Part shown: one piece after another, positions 38,556-48,800 of the stretch
Layout of the letters: every line of letters starts with the position of its first letter
Position numbering within the stretch: the stretch's first letter is position 1
Assembly: GCA_045604215.1 (NCBI GenBank)
Contig: JAZUNP010000012.1
Span: 6,980 to 70,979, forward strand
DNA length: 64,000 bases
Direction of reading: 5' to 3'
Source: Acutalibacteraceae bacterium
GTDB lineage: Bacteria; Bacillota; Clostridia; Oscillospirales; Acutalibacteraceae
Notes under the pieces: generated by a model
Seen by the model: only the letters and a program-made list of their open reading frames with translations
Told to the model about the DNA's origin: nothing
Database searches by the model: none
Translations under genes and position numbers: made by a program

Positions 38556-39929
38556 TTAGTGAGTCGGATTTTTTGCGGTATAACAGCGCGTGATTTCCAC
38601 TATATTGTCATTTAATAGCAAAAGCGAAGCTATGTTAGGCAGTATCATAGCACCATTAAAAATTTCAGCTATAACCCACGCCGCATCGGCTCGAAATATT
38701 GCGGCAGGTATTTGCACTAATATAAAAGCGAAAAGAAAAACTCCCTTTGCTTCTTTGCCAAACAAAAACTCAGTAAATTTTGTTCCGTAAAGTCCCCAAC
38801 CGATTATCGAAGAAAAAGCAAAAAAACAAACTGCGGGACAAAATACAAAAATAATCTTTTGCCCGTAAACCGACCGTAACGCATTAAGCGTAAGGCTTGA
38901 TGCAGTATCTGTGCCGTATGTAATATTGCCAACGCAAAGTAAAGTTAAAGCAGTTAGTGTGCAAACGACAACTGTGTCAATAAAAACTTCCATTATCCCC
39001 ATAAACCCAAGGCTTATTTCGTCGCCGTTACTACAAGCATACGCCACAGGTGCCGTACCAAGACCTGCTTCGTTAGAAAAAACGCCGCGCGACATACCGA
39101 AACGCATACCTACAAAAGCCGAGCCTACAACACCGCCCGTAACACACTCGGGTTTAAAAGCGCCGATAAGTATTTTTGAAAAAGCCAATGGGATTTTATT
39201 GTAATTTATAGCTATGGCGCCTACTGTCATAGCTATATAAAGTATCGTCATAACAGGAAACATTTTTTCGCAGAAACGACCGATGTTGCCATCGTTTTTT
39301 AAAACAAGGATACAGCATACCGCGCAAACTATTCCTACGCCGAGTTTTATAAAAAAATCACTTTGCGGCGAAACGCTAACAAACGTTTGCACAAGCGCAC
39401 TAACACTTACCGACATAGTGTTTATTTGGGTTAGATTTCCCACACCAAAGGCTGCCGCCACTCCGCACAAGCAAAAAATATTTGCTAAAGGTAAAAATTT
39501 TTTCGGCAATGCATTTTTCATATAATACATAGCGCCACCCGAGTAAGCGCCGTCTTGCATTTTCTCACGGTAGCGCACACTAAGCGCAATTTCCGAGAAT
39601 TTTATTATCATACAAAAAGCGGCTGATATCCACATCCAAAACACAGCGCCCGGTCCGCCGAGCGCCACGGCTCCCGCAACACCCACGATGTTCCCCGTGC
39701 CCATGGTAGCAGACAGCGCAGTGCTTGCCGACTGTATCGGTGTCATTTGAACTCCGTTTGTTTTTGTACCTTTTTTAAAAAACTCCTTAAAGGCAGTTTT
39801 AAAAAATCTTAGTTGGAAAAATCCAGTGCGGATTGAAAGGAACACCCCTGTAAAAAAAATCAGTAGCAATGTTGGTGTTCCCCACACGAATAAGTTGATT
39901 TTATTTAAAAAATTAAGCACTTTTTTCAC
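38556..39929 (-). CDS. alanine/glycine:cation symporter (AGCS) family transporter
   Basis: 457 aa, about 11 TM segments. Contains SALSATMGTGNIVGVAGA and GVFSNEAGLGTAP. Confidence 0.9.
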   Translation of the reverse strand: MKKVLNFLNKINLFVWGTPTLLLIFFTGVFLSIRTGFFQLRFFKTAFKEFFKKGTKTNGVQMTPIQSASTALSATMGTGNIVGVAGAVALGGPGAVFWMWISAAFCMIIKFSEIALSVRYREKMQDGAYSGGAMYYMKNALPKKFLPLANIFCLCGVAAAFGVGNLTQINTMSVSVSALVQTFVSVSPQSDFFIKLGVGIVCAVCCILVLKNDGNIGRFCEKMFPVMTILYIAMTVGAIAINYNKIPLAFSKILIGAFKPECVTGGVVGSAFVGMRFGMSRGVFSNEAGLGTAPVAYACSNGDEISLGFMGIMEVFIDTVVVCTLTALTLLCVGNITYGTDTASSLTLNALRSVYGQKIIFVFCPAVCFFAFSSIIGWGLYGTKFTEFLFGKEAKGVFLFAFILVQIPAAIFRADAAWVIAEIFNGAMILPNIASLLLLNDNIVEITRCYTAKNPTH

Positions 39930-39967
39930 CCAACAAATAAAAAATTAAAAATTTTTAAAAATAACTA

Positions 39968-39996
39968 TTGATTTTATCAAAGTTTTGTGCTATTAT
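39968..39996 (+). promoter_or_regulatory. promoter of tRNA-Arg
   Basis: TTGATT (39968-39973), 17 nt spacer, TATTAT (39991-39996), about 40 nt upstream of the tRNA. Confidence 0.45.
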
Positions 39997-40037
39997 ACTA
40001 TGGCGGTTTAAAAATCGTAGACATTTTAATATGTTTT

Positions 40038-40114
40038 GCGCCGGTAGCTCAGTTGGATAGAGCGTCTGGCTACGGACCAGAAGGTCATGGGTTCGAATCC
40101 TCTTCGGCGCGCCA
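40038..40114 (+). tRNA. tRNA-Arg (anticodon ACG), CCA encoded
   Basis: Hand-folded cloverleaf. Acceptor GCGCCGG/TCGGCGC, D-arm GCTC-AGTTGGATA-GAGC, anticodon arm TCTGG-CTACGGA-CCAGA (ACG), T-arm with GGTTCGAATCC, discriminator G, then CCA. Confidence 0.9.
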
Positions 40115-40120
40115 AAAAAA

Positions 40121-40150
40121 AGCATCGACTTTGTCGGTGCTTTATTTTTT
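40121..40150. terminator. bidirectional terminator shared by tRNA-Arg and the convergent M50 gene
   Basis: Stem agcatcgac (40121-40129) pairs with gtcggtgct (40133-40141). Flanked by an A-run (40114-40120) and a T-rich run (40142-40150). Confidence 0.65.
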
Positions 40151-40753
40151 CATCATCCCACAAACACCCAGATACACCGCCACGATAAACACCGATATAT
40201 TTACTGTGCCGCTAACCCACAAATAAACACCGAGCAAAAAAGCGATAGCCGCAAAAGCGACCGTAACTATCCGTACGACGCTTTGGGCTTTGTAAATATC
40301 GGTAAACTTTGCTATAAAATTTATAAGTAATGTTCCACCGTCAAGTCCCGATACGGGCAATAAATTAAACACGGCTATTATAAGATTTAAAATCGCAAAG
40401 GTAAGTGACTGTTCGTTTTTAAAAATAAAAAAATTGGTAAGAAGTGCACCAAAAAACACAAGATTTGCCGCAGGTCCGCAAAAAGCTATTGCCACCTCAC
40501 CATGTTTTTTAGGTGAAAATCCGCGGACTATTTGCACACTTGTAGGTATTAGACGTACAGCTTTTGGCTGACAGTCTGCCGCCCACATTGCAATCAAATG
40601 ACCAATCTCGTGAATTAATACGGCAAAAAGCGTCGGGATTATCAGCCCTGTGCGGTCAATTACCAACATAAAGCACAGTAACGCGCAAAATAAAAAAGAT
40701 ATGTAAATTTCAGTTCCTAAAAATTTAATTTTCACGGTTTGCTTCCTCATCAA
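40142..40753 (-). CDS. minimal site-2 protease family (M50) intramembrane metalloprotease
   Basis: 203 aa. HEIGHLIAM (HExxH) in a TM helix and NLLPVSGLDGG (NxxPxxxLDG). No PDZ or CBS domain. Confidence 0.8.
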   Translation of the reverse strand: MMRKQTVKIKFLGTEIYISFLFCALLCFMLVIDRTGLIIPTLFAVLIHEIGHLIAMWAADCQPKAVRLIPTSVQIVRGFSPKKHGEVAIAFCGPAANLVFFGALLTNFFIFKNEQSLTFAILNLIIAVFNLLPVSGLDGGTLLINFIAKFTDIYKAQSVVRIVTVAFAAIAFLLGVYLWVSGTVNISVFIVAVYLGVCGMMKK

Positions 40754-40949
40754 ACTGGGCTGTTATTTTCGTTTGTTCAAACAAATTGTTATCGCACCAT
40801 TTTTGAAGTTTTAAAAAACTCTCATCAAAAAAGAATTTGATTATAAAAACTGCAATTAAAATTACAGCAATGCATATTGCCTGTGTTATACAAATTTGCG
40901 CATACATATTCTTCGGGGTTATTTCAACCACATCGGTTTCGTTTTCCAT
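40725..40949 (-). CDS. small single-pass membrane protein (74 aa), unknown function
   Basis: ORF with one hydrophobic helix (ICITQAICIAVILIAVFIIKFFF). Its 3' end overlaps the M50 start by 29 nt. Confidence 0.45.
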   Translation of the reverse strand: MENETDVVEITPKNMYAQICITQAICIAVILIAVFIIKFFFDESFLKLQKWCDNNLFEQTKITAQFDEEANREN

Positions 40950-41019
40950 TTTATTACACCCCTTGTAACAGCTTTAAATTTATGATACAATAAAGTATAT
41001 TTAAAAAGAGGTCAAGTTT

Positions 41020-42903
41020 ATGCCATTTTTACCAATTACAAAAAAAGATATGAACGAGCGCGGTTGGGACTGCGCTGATATAATTATAATTACAGGCGAC
41101 GCTTATGTGGACCATCCCTCTTTTGGTACGGCTATCGTGTCGCGCGTACTTGAAAATGCCGGATTTAAAGTATGCATAATATCTCAACCTCGCTGTGATA
41201 AGGATTATATGCGCTTTGGCGCACCACGACTTGCCTTTTTTGTAAATAGCGGTAATATTGACTCTATGGTGGCGCACTACACCGCAGCAAAACGCAAACG
41301 CAGTGACGACGCGTACACTCCCGGTGGTAAATCAGGCGCTAGGCCTGACCGCGCTGTAATTGTATATTCAAAGGCAATTCGACGACTTTTTGGCGACATC
41401 CCGATTTGTATTGGCGGAATTGAAGCGTCGCTACGTCGATTTGCGCATTATGATTATTGGGACGATAAAGTGCGCCCGTCAATTCTTATTGATTCTACCG
41501 CCGACCTACTTATGTACGGTATGGGTGAACGCCACGTAGTACAAATCGCAAATCGTTTAGATGCGGGTGAAAAAATCACCGAATTAACTGACATTTTAGG
41601 CACTTGTTATGCCGTAAACACACACGACTATGTGGTGCAGAGCGCAAAAGAGTGCCCATCTTTTGAAGCAGTTAGCGAAAACAGCGAACAGGGAAAGAAA
41701 AAATATGCCGAGTCCACCTATATTCAGCAAACCGAGCATGATGCAGTGCGCGGTAAGGCGGTAATTCAACGTCACGGCAACAAAATTGTGGTGCAAAACC
41801 CACCTATGCCGCCGCTTACTACCGAGGAAATGGATGCGGCTTATTCTTTACCTTTTATGCGTGATTATCACCCAAGCTATGAATCACTTGGCGGTGTGCC
41901 CGGTATAGAAGAGGTTAAATTTTCGGTTATACATAATCGCGGCTGTTATGGTGCGTGTAATTTTTGCGCGCTTGCATACCATCAAGGCAGACAAATCAGC
42001 TGCCGCTCTCACGAGTCGGTGATAGACGAGGTTAAAAAGATTACCAATATGCCCGATTTTAAGGGTTATATTCATGATATAGGCGGTCCAACCGCCAACT
42101 TTAGAGCGCCATCGTGCCGTGGTCAGCTTGAACGCGGTCTTTGTAAGGATAAAAAATGTCTCGCCCCAACGATGTGTAATGCTGTAGAGGTAGACCACAG
42201 CGATTATTTAAGCCTTTTACGAAAACTTCGAAAACTGCCTAAAATCAAAAAAATATTCATTCGTTCGGGCATCCGTTTTGACTATCTTATTGCCGATAAT
42301 GACGAGGATTTTTTCCACGAGCTTGTTGAGCACCACGTAAGCGGTCAGTTAAAGGTGGCGCCCGAGCATTGCTCGGCTCGCGTACTTGACTGTATGGGTA
42401 AGCCACATATAAACGTGTACGAAAAATTCAAAAAGCGTTTTTACGAGATAACCGACAAGGTCGGCAAAAAGCAGTTTTTGGTGCCGTACTTAATGTCATC
42501 ACACCCAGGTAGCACCATAAATGATGCAATAGAGTTGTCGCTCTTTCTTAAAAAAGAAGGGATTCATCCCGAACAGGTGCAAGACTTTTACCCCACGCCT
42601 GGTACAATATCCACCTGTATGTTCTATACGGGACTAAACCCGATGAATATGCAAAAGGTATATGTTCCGCGCACACCAGAAGAGAAGGCGCAACAAAGAG
42701 CGCTGCTACAGTACTACAAACCCGAAAATCGACAGTTGGTTTTGTCCGCATTGCGAAAAGCAAATCGTACCGACCTTATAGGTTTCGGCAAAAACTGTCT
42801 TATAACGCCTGACAAATCGGCTATCGGTACAAAAAACGGTCAAAACAGACCGCCACAAAAGAAGAAAAAGACAATAAGAAATATTCACAAAAAGAAGAAG
42901 TGA
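41020..42903 (+). CDS. ygiQ: YgiQ family radical SAM protein (UPF0313)
   Basis: 627 aa with the radical SAM cluster CYGACNFCA, the N-terminal YgiQ domain and a lysine-rich tail. Confidence 0.88.
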   Translation: MPFLPITKKDMNERGWDCADIIIITGDAYVDHPSFGTAIVSRVLENAGFKVCIISQPRCDKDYMRFGAPRLAFFVNSGNIDSMVAHYTAAKRKRSDDAYTPGGKSGARPDRAVIVYSKAIRRLFGDIPICIGGIEASLRRFAHYDYWDDKVRPSILIDSTADLLMYGMGERHVVQIANRLDAGEKITELTDILGTCYAVNTHDYVVQSAKECPSFEAVSENSEQGKKKYAESTYIQQTEHDAVRGKAVIQRHGNKIVVQNPPMPPLTTEEMDAAYSLPFMRDYHPSYESLGGVPGIEEVKFSVIHNRGCYGACNFCALAYHQGRQISCRSHESVIDEVKKITNMPDFKGYIHDIGGPTANFRAPSCRGQLERGLCKDKKCLAPTMCNAVEVDHSDYLSLLRKLRKLPKIKKIFIRSGIRFDYLIADNDEDFFHELVEHHVSGQLKVAPEHCSARVLDCMGKPHINVYEKFKKRFYEITDKVGKKQFLVPYLMSSHPGSTINDAIELSLFLKKEGIHPEQVQDFYPTPGTISTCMFYTGLNPMNMQKVYVPRTPEEKAQQRALLQYYKPENRQLVLSALRKANRTDLIGFGKNCLITPDKSAIGTKNGQNRPPQKKKKTIRNIHKKKK

Positions 42904-42907
42904 TTTA

Positions 42908-43963
42908 ATGAAAACCTTAATAGGTATGAGTGGAGGAGTAGACTCTGCCGTTACGGCGGCGCTTGTTTCGCGCGAAGCGGATGCCGCAGGTATTACCTTA
43001 AAACTTTATGACGGTGACAATTCCGATTTAATAAGCAAATTCGACCGTGAAGCCGCTGATGCCGCTGATGTTTGTCAAAAATTAGGAATTACACATTGCA
43101 CCTTAGATTTAAAAAAGCATTTTTACGATTTTGTTATAAAGCATTTTATAGATGAGTATATTGCTGGTCGTACACCAAATCCTTGTATACAATGTAATAT
43201 TCATATAAAGTTTGGCGCCATGCTTGACTACGCCGAAAAAAACGGCTTTGACAGCATTGCAACAGGTCATTATGCGCGAATAGAAAAGTGTGGTGACCGA
43301 TATTTACTTAAAAAAGCGCTTGACAGCACCAAGGACCAATCCTATGTGCTTTACGGACTTACACAAAACGAACTTTCAAAAACAGTTTTACCGTTAGGGT
43401 ATCACACCAAGGCGCAGGCGCGTGAGATTGCCGAGAAAATGAAGCTTTGTGTTGCAAGAAAATCGGACAGTCAGGATATTTGCTTTGTACCCGACGGCGA
43501 TTATGCCGCATTTATTGAGCAAAACACAGGCATAAAATTTGCCACAGGCGATTATCTTGACATTGACGGAAAAATTTTGGGCAAACACAAGGGTGTTATT
43601 CACTATACCATTGGTCAGCGAAAAGGACTTGGCATAGCGCTCGGCAAACACGCATTCGTGCTAAACAAAAATGCTGATACCAACCAAGTGATATTAGGTG
43701 ATGAACAACACTTATTTTATAAACAGGTTGAGGTAAGGGATGTAAATATAATTGCCGACGACAATCTTGACGGTGTGCATGCGGCAGGTAAGCTGCGCTA
43801 CCGTCATACCGAACAACCCTGTGTTATACATCAAACGGGTAGAAAAAACGTAATACTCGAATTTGATACACCACAGCGCGCGCCTTCTGCGGGTCAAGCG
43901 GCGGTATTTTATGACGGAGATACCGTGCTTGGCGGCGGAGTAATTGTGAAAGGAATAAAATAA
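42908..43963 (+). CDS. mnmA: tRNA 2-thiouridine(34) synthase
   Basis: 351 aa with the PP-loop GMSGGVDSAV, NPCIQCN, and KDQSYVLY. Confidence 0.93.
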   Translation: MKTLIGMSGGVDSAVTAALVSREADAAGITLKLYDGDNSDLISKFDREAADAADVCQKLGITHCTLDLKKHFYDFVIKHFIDEYIAGRTPNPCIQCNIHIKFGAMLDYAEKNGFDSIATGHYARIEKCGDRYLLKKALDSTKDQSYVLYGLTQNELSKTVLPLGYHTKAQAREIAEKMKLCVARKSDSQDICFVPDGDYAAFIEQNTGIKFATGDYLDIDGKILGKHKGVIHYTIGQRKGLGIALGKHAFVLNKNADTNQVILGDEQHLFYKQVEVRDVNIIADDNLDGVHAAGKLRYRHTEQPCVIHQTGRKNVILEFDTPQRAPSAGQAAVFYDGDTVLGGGVIVKGIK

Positions 43964-44616
43964 TGAACGAAAAGATCGGGAAACTTTTTAAAAATTTAGA
44001 AAAAAACAAAATTCACCCTATTTTTGCCGAAACAAAAGAGGATGCAAAAAATATTGTTAAAGAAATGTTGTTTGACGGTTGTGTTATTACATCGGGTGGT
44101 TCAATGTCGCTTAACGAGTGTGGTATAACTGAATTATTTCAAAACCAGAAATATCGATTTATGAACCGCAGCCGTAAGGGTATTACACCCGAACAGCAAC
44201 AAGAATGCTTTAAAGCTTCAATTGGCGCTGACTTTTTCTTTTGCTCTACCAATGCAATAACCGAAAACGGAGAACTATTAAACGTTGACGGATTTGCAAA
44301 TCGCATTTCCGCAATCGCTTTTGGTCCTAAAAAGGTTGTTATGGTTGTTGGTAAAAACAAAATTGTACCCGATTTAAACGAGGCGTTTTTGCGTGTTAAA
44401 AAAATAGCCGCGCCAAAAAACTGCGTGCGACTGGGAATCGACAACCCTTGCGCAAAATTAGGGCATTGCGTGTCGTTGCTAAATAACCCTAATCCCGATT
44501 TTGCTGATGGTTGCAAAAACGATACCCGAATTTGCTGTGACTACCTTATAAGCGCGCTACAGCGTCAAGAAAATAGAATAACGGTAATATTGGTAAATGA
44601 AGATTTAGGATATTAG
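43963..44616 (+). CDS. LUD domain (lactate utilization protein C/YkgG-like) protein
   Basis: 217 aa with ...SGGSMSLNECGI...NAITENGELLNVDGFANR... and a Cys-rich C-terminus. The start overlaps the mnmA stop. Confidence 0.7.
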   Translation: MNEKIGKLFKNLEKNKIHPIFAETKEDAKNIVKEMLFDGCVITSGGSMSLNECGITELFQNQKYRFMNRSRKGITPEQQQECFKASIGADFFFCSTNAITENGELLNVDGFANRISAIAFGPKKVVMVVGKNKIVPDLNEAFLRVKKIAAPKNCVRLGIDNPCAKLGHCVSLLNNPNPDFADGCKNDTRICCDYLISALQRQENRITVILVNEDLGY

Positions 44617-44626
44617 ATAAATTTTA

Positions 44627-44658
44627 AGACCTCCGCTTGAAACGGAGGTCTTTTTTTA
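44627..44658 (+). terminator. rho-independent terminator
   Basis: Stem gacctccg (44628-44635) pairs with cggaggtc (44643-44650), followed by a T-run at 44651-44657. Confidence 0.75.
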
Positions 44659-45744
44659 TACGCCTTCTGGATAAACTATCTTTTTAACCTTGAATTGTTT
44701 AGTTGAGGATTCATTTACATTACATTCGAGTTTTTCACCATAATCGGCAATCTCTTTTGTGTAATCCTCTCCTGAGATTTCATTGCGAAGTGTTAAATCA
44801 AACTGGTCTATATAATACGGATCGGCAATTATATCCTTTTTAACAATTAACGCTACGCCCTCACTACTGTCAACAGAAGCAACTTTAACCTCACCTATTG
44901 CCATTTCCTTTGCGGTTTCATAATAATCCGAGAAATAATCTGTTTCTTCTGTGCCAAGCACGGTTGCGTGATAGTCAAGCGGTGCGAGTTCACCTTCTTC
45001 GGCTTCATCGTGCGTATGACTATCGGCAGAAAGTTGGTTATAATCCATATATACCTCTTCGAAGGTTCTGCTTCCGTCTTTAAGTGTGTCGTAGTAAGCC
45101 GAGATTTGCTCGGTCTTATCTTCTTTTTGTTCATCCGTGAGAGTGCTGTAATCAACCTCGATAATGTTTACAAGTACATAATTCTTTTTAAGTTGTTCTG
45201 TCAACTTATCGGCAGAAATTTCTTTTTCGCCACCCTCACCGTAAATATACTCAAAATATGTATCGGCAAGATAGGTGTCAAGCATATATTGCATAAAGGT
45301 TTCCTTGCTTACACCGTTAGACTCTAAAAGAATAGAGTATCCGTATGAATCCCACATATATTCTGCATTAGTTTTTGAAAGTGATTCTGTTTCGGCATCG
45401 AGCTCAACACCAACTTTTTTGCAGAGTGTTTTAATTGCCGCTAAATTCTTTAAAGTGTCAAGGGTGTTCTTTTCTACCCATTTTACATAATCAGTATTTT
45501 CGATTTTTTCCTTGTGGTAATTGATATTCTCAGGCGCCTTACCATCCTCAGAAACGAGTTGCTCTTCAACCTTTGCACGAGCCTCGGTATCAGAGAAAAC
45601 CAAAGCACAAGCATAATAACCTGAAGTAAACTCCACATCGCCAATTTTTACGGCAATCTCGCCTTTTTTGTGGCAACCCACAAGGCAGGTCATCGTTAGC
45701 ACCAAGCAAAGCACTAAAGCAAATATTCTTTTTAATGTATTCAT
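44656..45744 (-). CDS. lipoprotein, SurA-N/PrsA-like chaperone region without a recognisable parvulin domain
   Basis: 362 aa. Signal peptide with lipobox LVGC. Acidic and helical. Occupies the position downstream of mfd where Firmicutes often carry PrsA/SurA-like genes. No PPIase motif seen. Confidence 0.55.
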   Translation of the reverse strand: MNTLKRIFALVLCLVLTMTCLVGCHKKGEIAVKIGDVEFTSGYYACALVFSDTEARAKVEEQLVSEDGKAPENINYHKEKIENTDYVKWVEKNTLDTLKNLAAIKTLCKKVGVELDAETESLSKTNAEYMWDSYGYSILLESNGVSKETFMQYMLDTYLADTYFEYIYGEGGEKEISADKLTEQLKKNYVLVNIIEVDYSTLTDEQKEDKTEQISAYYDTLKDGSRTFEEVYMDYNQLSADSHTHDEAEEGELAPLDYHATVLGTEETDYFSDYYETAKEMAIGEVKVASVDSSEGVALIVKKDIIADPYYIDQFDLTLRNEISGEDYTKEIADYGEKLECNVNESSTKQFKVKKIVYPEGV

Positions 45745-45824
45745 TTTAAAAACTCCTTGGATTTAATATCAAAGTAATTATATACCATAACTTAAAAAAA
45801 GTCTATACGAAATTGTAAACGATC

Positions 45825-48800
45825 TTACAAAATTTTTGAAAGTTTCGATACCACATCGGTAAGTTTCAAGCCGTTAGTAAGCCTTATTATATATGCAGGC
45901 TCACCCGATGAAGACAAAGTGAACGCTGACTTAAACTCGTCAGACAGTTTTGCTGCTATTTGCATATCTATTTTTGGTGTATGCAAAACGGCAGTAGTTG
46001 GAGTACCTGTTATCTCGGTAATGCAGGCGGCTGTAGCCTTGCTTCGAAGCAGGGAAATTTCTATAATTCCCATTACAGCGCGCGGAGGTTCACCAAAGCG
46101 ATCACACAGCTCATCTATTACGTCCTGTACGTCACTTTCATCTTGGATGTCGGCTATACGTCGGTAAATACCAAGTCTTGCAGGAAGTGACTCAATATAC
46201 CGCTCGGGAATGTGAGCGGAAATATTAAGGTCGATTACACAGCTTAATTCTTCGTGTGATTCAATGCCCTTTTCTTCGTTTACGGCATCGGCAAGTAATT
46301 TTAAATACATATCGTAGCCGACCGCTTCCATATTACCGTGCTGTTCGCCGCCTAAAACACTACCCGCACCGCGAATTTCAAGGTCGCGCATAGCAATTTT
46401 AAAGCCTGAGCCGAATTCAGTAAATTGACGTATAGCTTCGAGTCGTTTTGTTGCAGTTTCACTGATTTCGCGATTGCGCTTAAAACAAAAATATGCGTAC
46501 GCGCGGCGCGGCGAACGACCTACTCGACCTCGTAACTGGTGAAGCTGTGAAAGTCCCATACGGTCAGCGTCTTCAATTATCAGCGTATTGGCATTGGGTA
46601 CATCTACTCCCGTTTCAATTATGGTGGTGCAAACAAGAACATCAATTTCGTGCTCTAGCAGCTTTTGCCATATATCACTCAGTTCATCCTCACTCATTTT
46701 ACCGTGTGCGATACCTATTCGAGCGTTTGGTAATCTTTCTTTGAGTTTGGCGGCTAGACGGGTTATTGTGTCAACGCGATTGTGCAAATAATACACCTGA
46801 CCACCTCGGCGCAGTTCGCGGTTTATGGCATCAAGTAACACACCGTCGTTTTGCTCTAATACATAGGTCTGAACAGGATGGCGGTCATTTGGTGCTTCAT
46901 CAATGGTTGACATATCACGAAGTCCCGACATCGCCATATTTAGCGTACGCGGTATGGGTGTTGCCGAAAGGGTAAGAATATCTACAAATGGGTAAAGTTC
47001 TTTAAGTCTTTCCTTTTGTGCAACGCCAAAACGCTGTTCTTCATCAATAATTACGAGACCTATATTTTTAAAGCTAACGTCTTTTGATATAAGTCTATGG
47101 GTACCGACTACCATATCCACTCTGCCACTTTTTAAGCCTAAAATTGTTTTTTCCTGTTCGCGTTTAGTTACGAACCGATTAAGCAGTTTTACAGTAAGAG
47201 GCATATCACCAAAACGGCGCAAAACTGTGTTGTAATGCTGCATTGCAAGTATGGTTGTAGGCACCAATAACGCGCATTGTTTTCCTTCGCTTACGCATTT
47301 GAATGCGGCGCGCAAAGCCACCTCGGTTTTGCCAAAGCCTACGTCTCCGCAAAGTAGGCGGTCCATTGGTACTTCGCGCTGCATATCACGTTTTATTTCA
47401 TCAACACAGCGTAATTGGTCGTCGGTTTCCTCGTATTCAAAGCGCGCCTCAAATCCGCTTTGCAAATCGGTGTCTTCGCTGAAAGCGTAACCCTTTGTCG
47501 CCATGCGTTTAGCATAAAGTGCAGTAAGCTGTTTTGCCATATCGCGAACGGCTTTTTTTACACGGGCGCGAGTGCGTTGCCACTCGGTACCTCCAAGTTT
47601 GTTAATCTTTATTCCGCTGTCTTCGGCGGCGCCTATATACTTTGAAACTAAATCAAGCTGTGTTACAGGAACATAAAGAATGTCGGTTCCTGCGTATTTT
47701 ATTTTTATATAATCTTTTGTAACGCTACCATTTTTAATTTGATTTATTCCGTCGAAAATTCCTATACCATGCGAAGCGTGAACGACATAGTCACCGCGCG
47801 CAAGTTCGTCAAGCGAGTTTATTTGTTTTCCGTCTTTATATTTGCGGCGGATAAGTTTTTCCTCGGACGCGATATGACGGTGTGTAATAACATAAAGTTT
47901 GCACATTGGTATTTCAAAACCGCTTGATAGTCCGCCAACCATTACATAAATTCCACCCGCTTTAAGCTCACTTGGATTTTGCAGGAAAACCGCGTTAGTG
48001 CCACGGTCGTTAAGCTCGGCGGTCAGAACCTTTGCCGCTTTCGCCTCACCTGCTAATATAACCACCGTACCCTTAATGTGTAACATGTACGCAATATCGT
48101 CTATAAGCACGGCAATATCTCCGCCCCAAGCGGTAGAGCGTTTAAAATTAAAACTCACCAATTCTTTGAGCGATATTTCATAGGATGTTCGTGGAAAATT
48201 TTCAAAATAAACAGCCCTTTCGAAAAAGGTGTAAAGCTCGGCTGGGGTAAGCCGCATTTTAGCGCTTTTGGGACACAGCTTTCCGCTTTCAAGCAAATCA
48301 GAAATCTCTTCCTTTTCTATTGTAAATATGTTTTTTAGTCGTTCGTTTATATTTCCTGATTCACAAACTACCATTATGCAATCTGTTGTATAATCAAATA
48401 TTGTAGACGGCTTTTCATATAAAAACGGTATATATAAATCAGGAGACACCGAAAGTGATGCGTCAAGTGCCAAAATATCCTGATTTATAAAGTTGCGCTG
48501 ATTGTCGGTTAATTTTTTTGTATTTTGTAAGTAATTTTGCAGTTTTTGAGATAACTCTTTTGTATTAAAAGGCAGTTCGTTTGCGGGGTAAATTTTTATG
48601 CTGTCTATATTTTCGGTGCGTCGCTGTGTTTCAATGTCAAAAAACGAAAGACTGTCAACCTCCTCACCCCAAAGTTCAATTCTTACGGGGTAATCGTTGC
48701 CTGTAGCAAAAACATCGATAATTCCACCTCGTACGGCAAACTGACCGACACCCTCGCACAATTCACTTCGCGCATAACCCGCGTCAATAAGGCTCTCGCA

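Noticed and set aside
39930-40037. Glycine or amino-acid riboswitch upstream of the AGCS alanine/glycine symporter
   Set aside because: The upstream spacer is only about 100 nt. It is almost pure A/T, lacks glycine-riboswitch core sequences, and is partly occupied by the divergent tRNA promoter.
40038-40114. tRNA-Arg as an integration hotspot marking a genomic island
   Set aside because: No integrase, direct repeat of the tRNA 3' end, or phage or mobile genes lie on either side. The flanking genes are a transporter and a protease, each with normal promoters and terminators.
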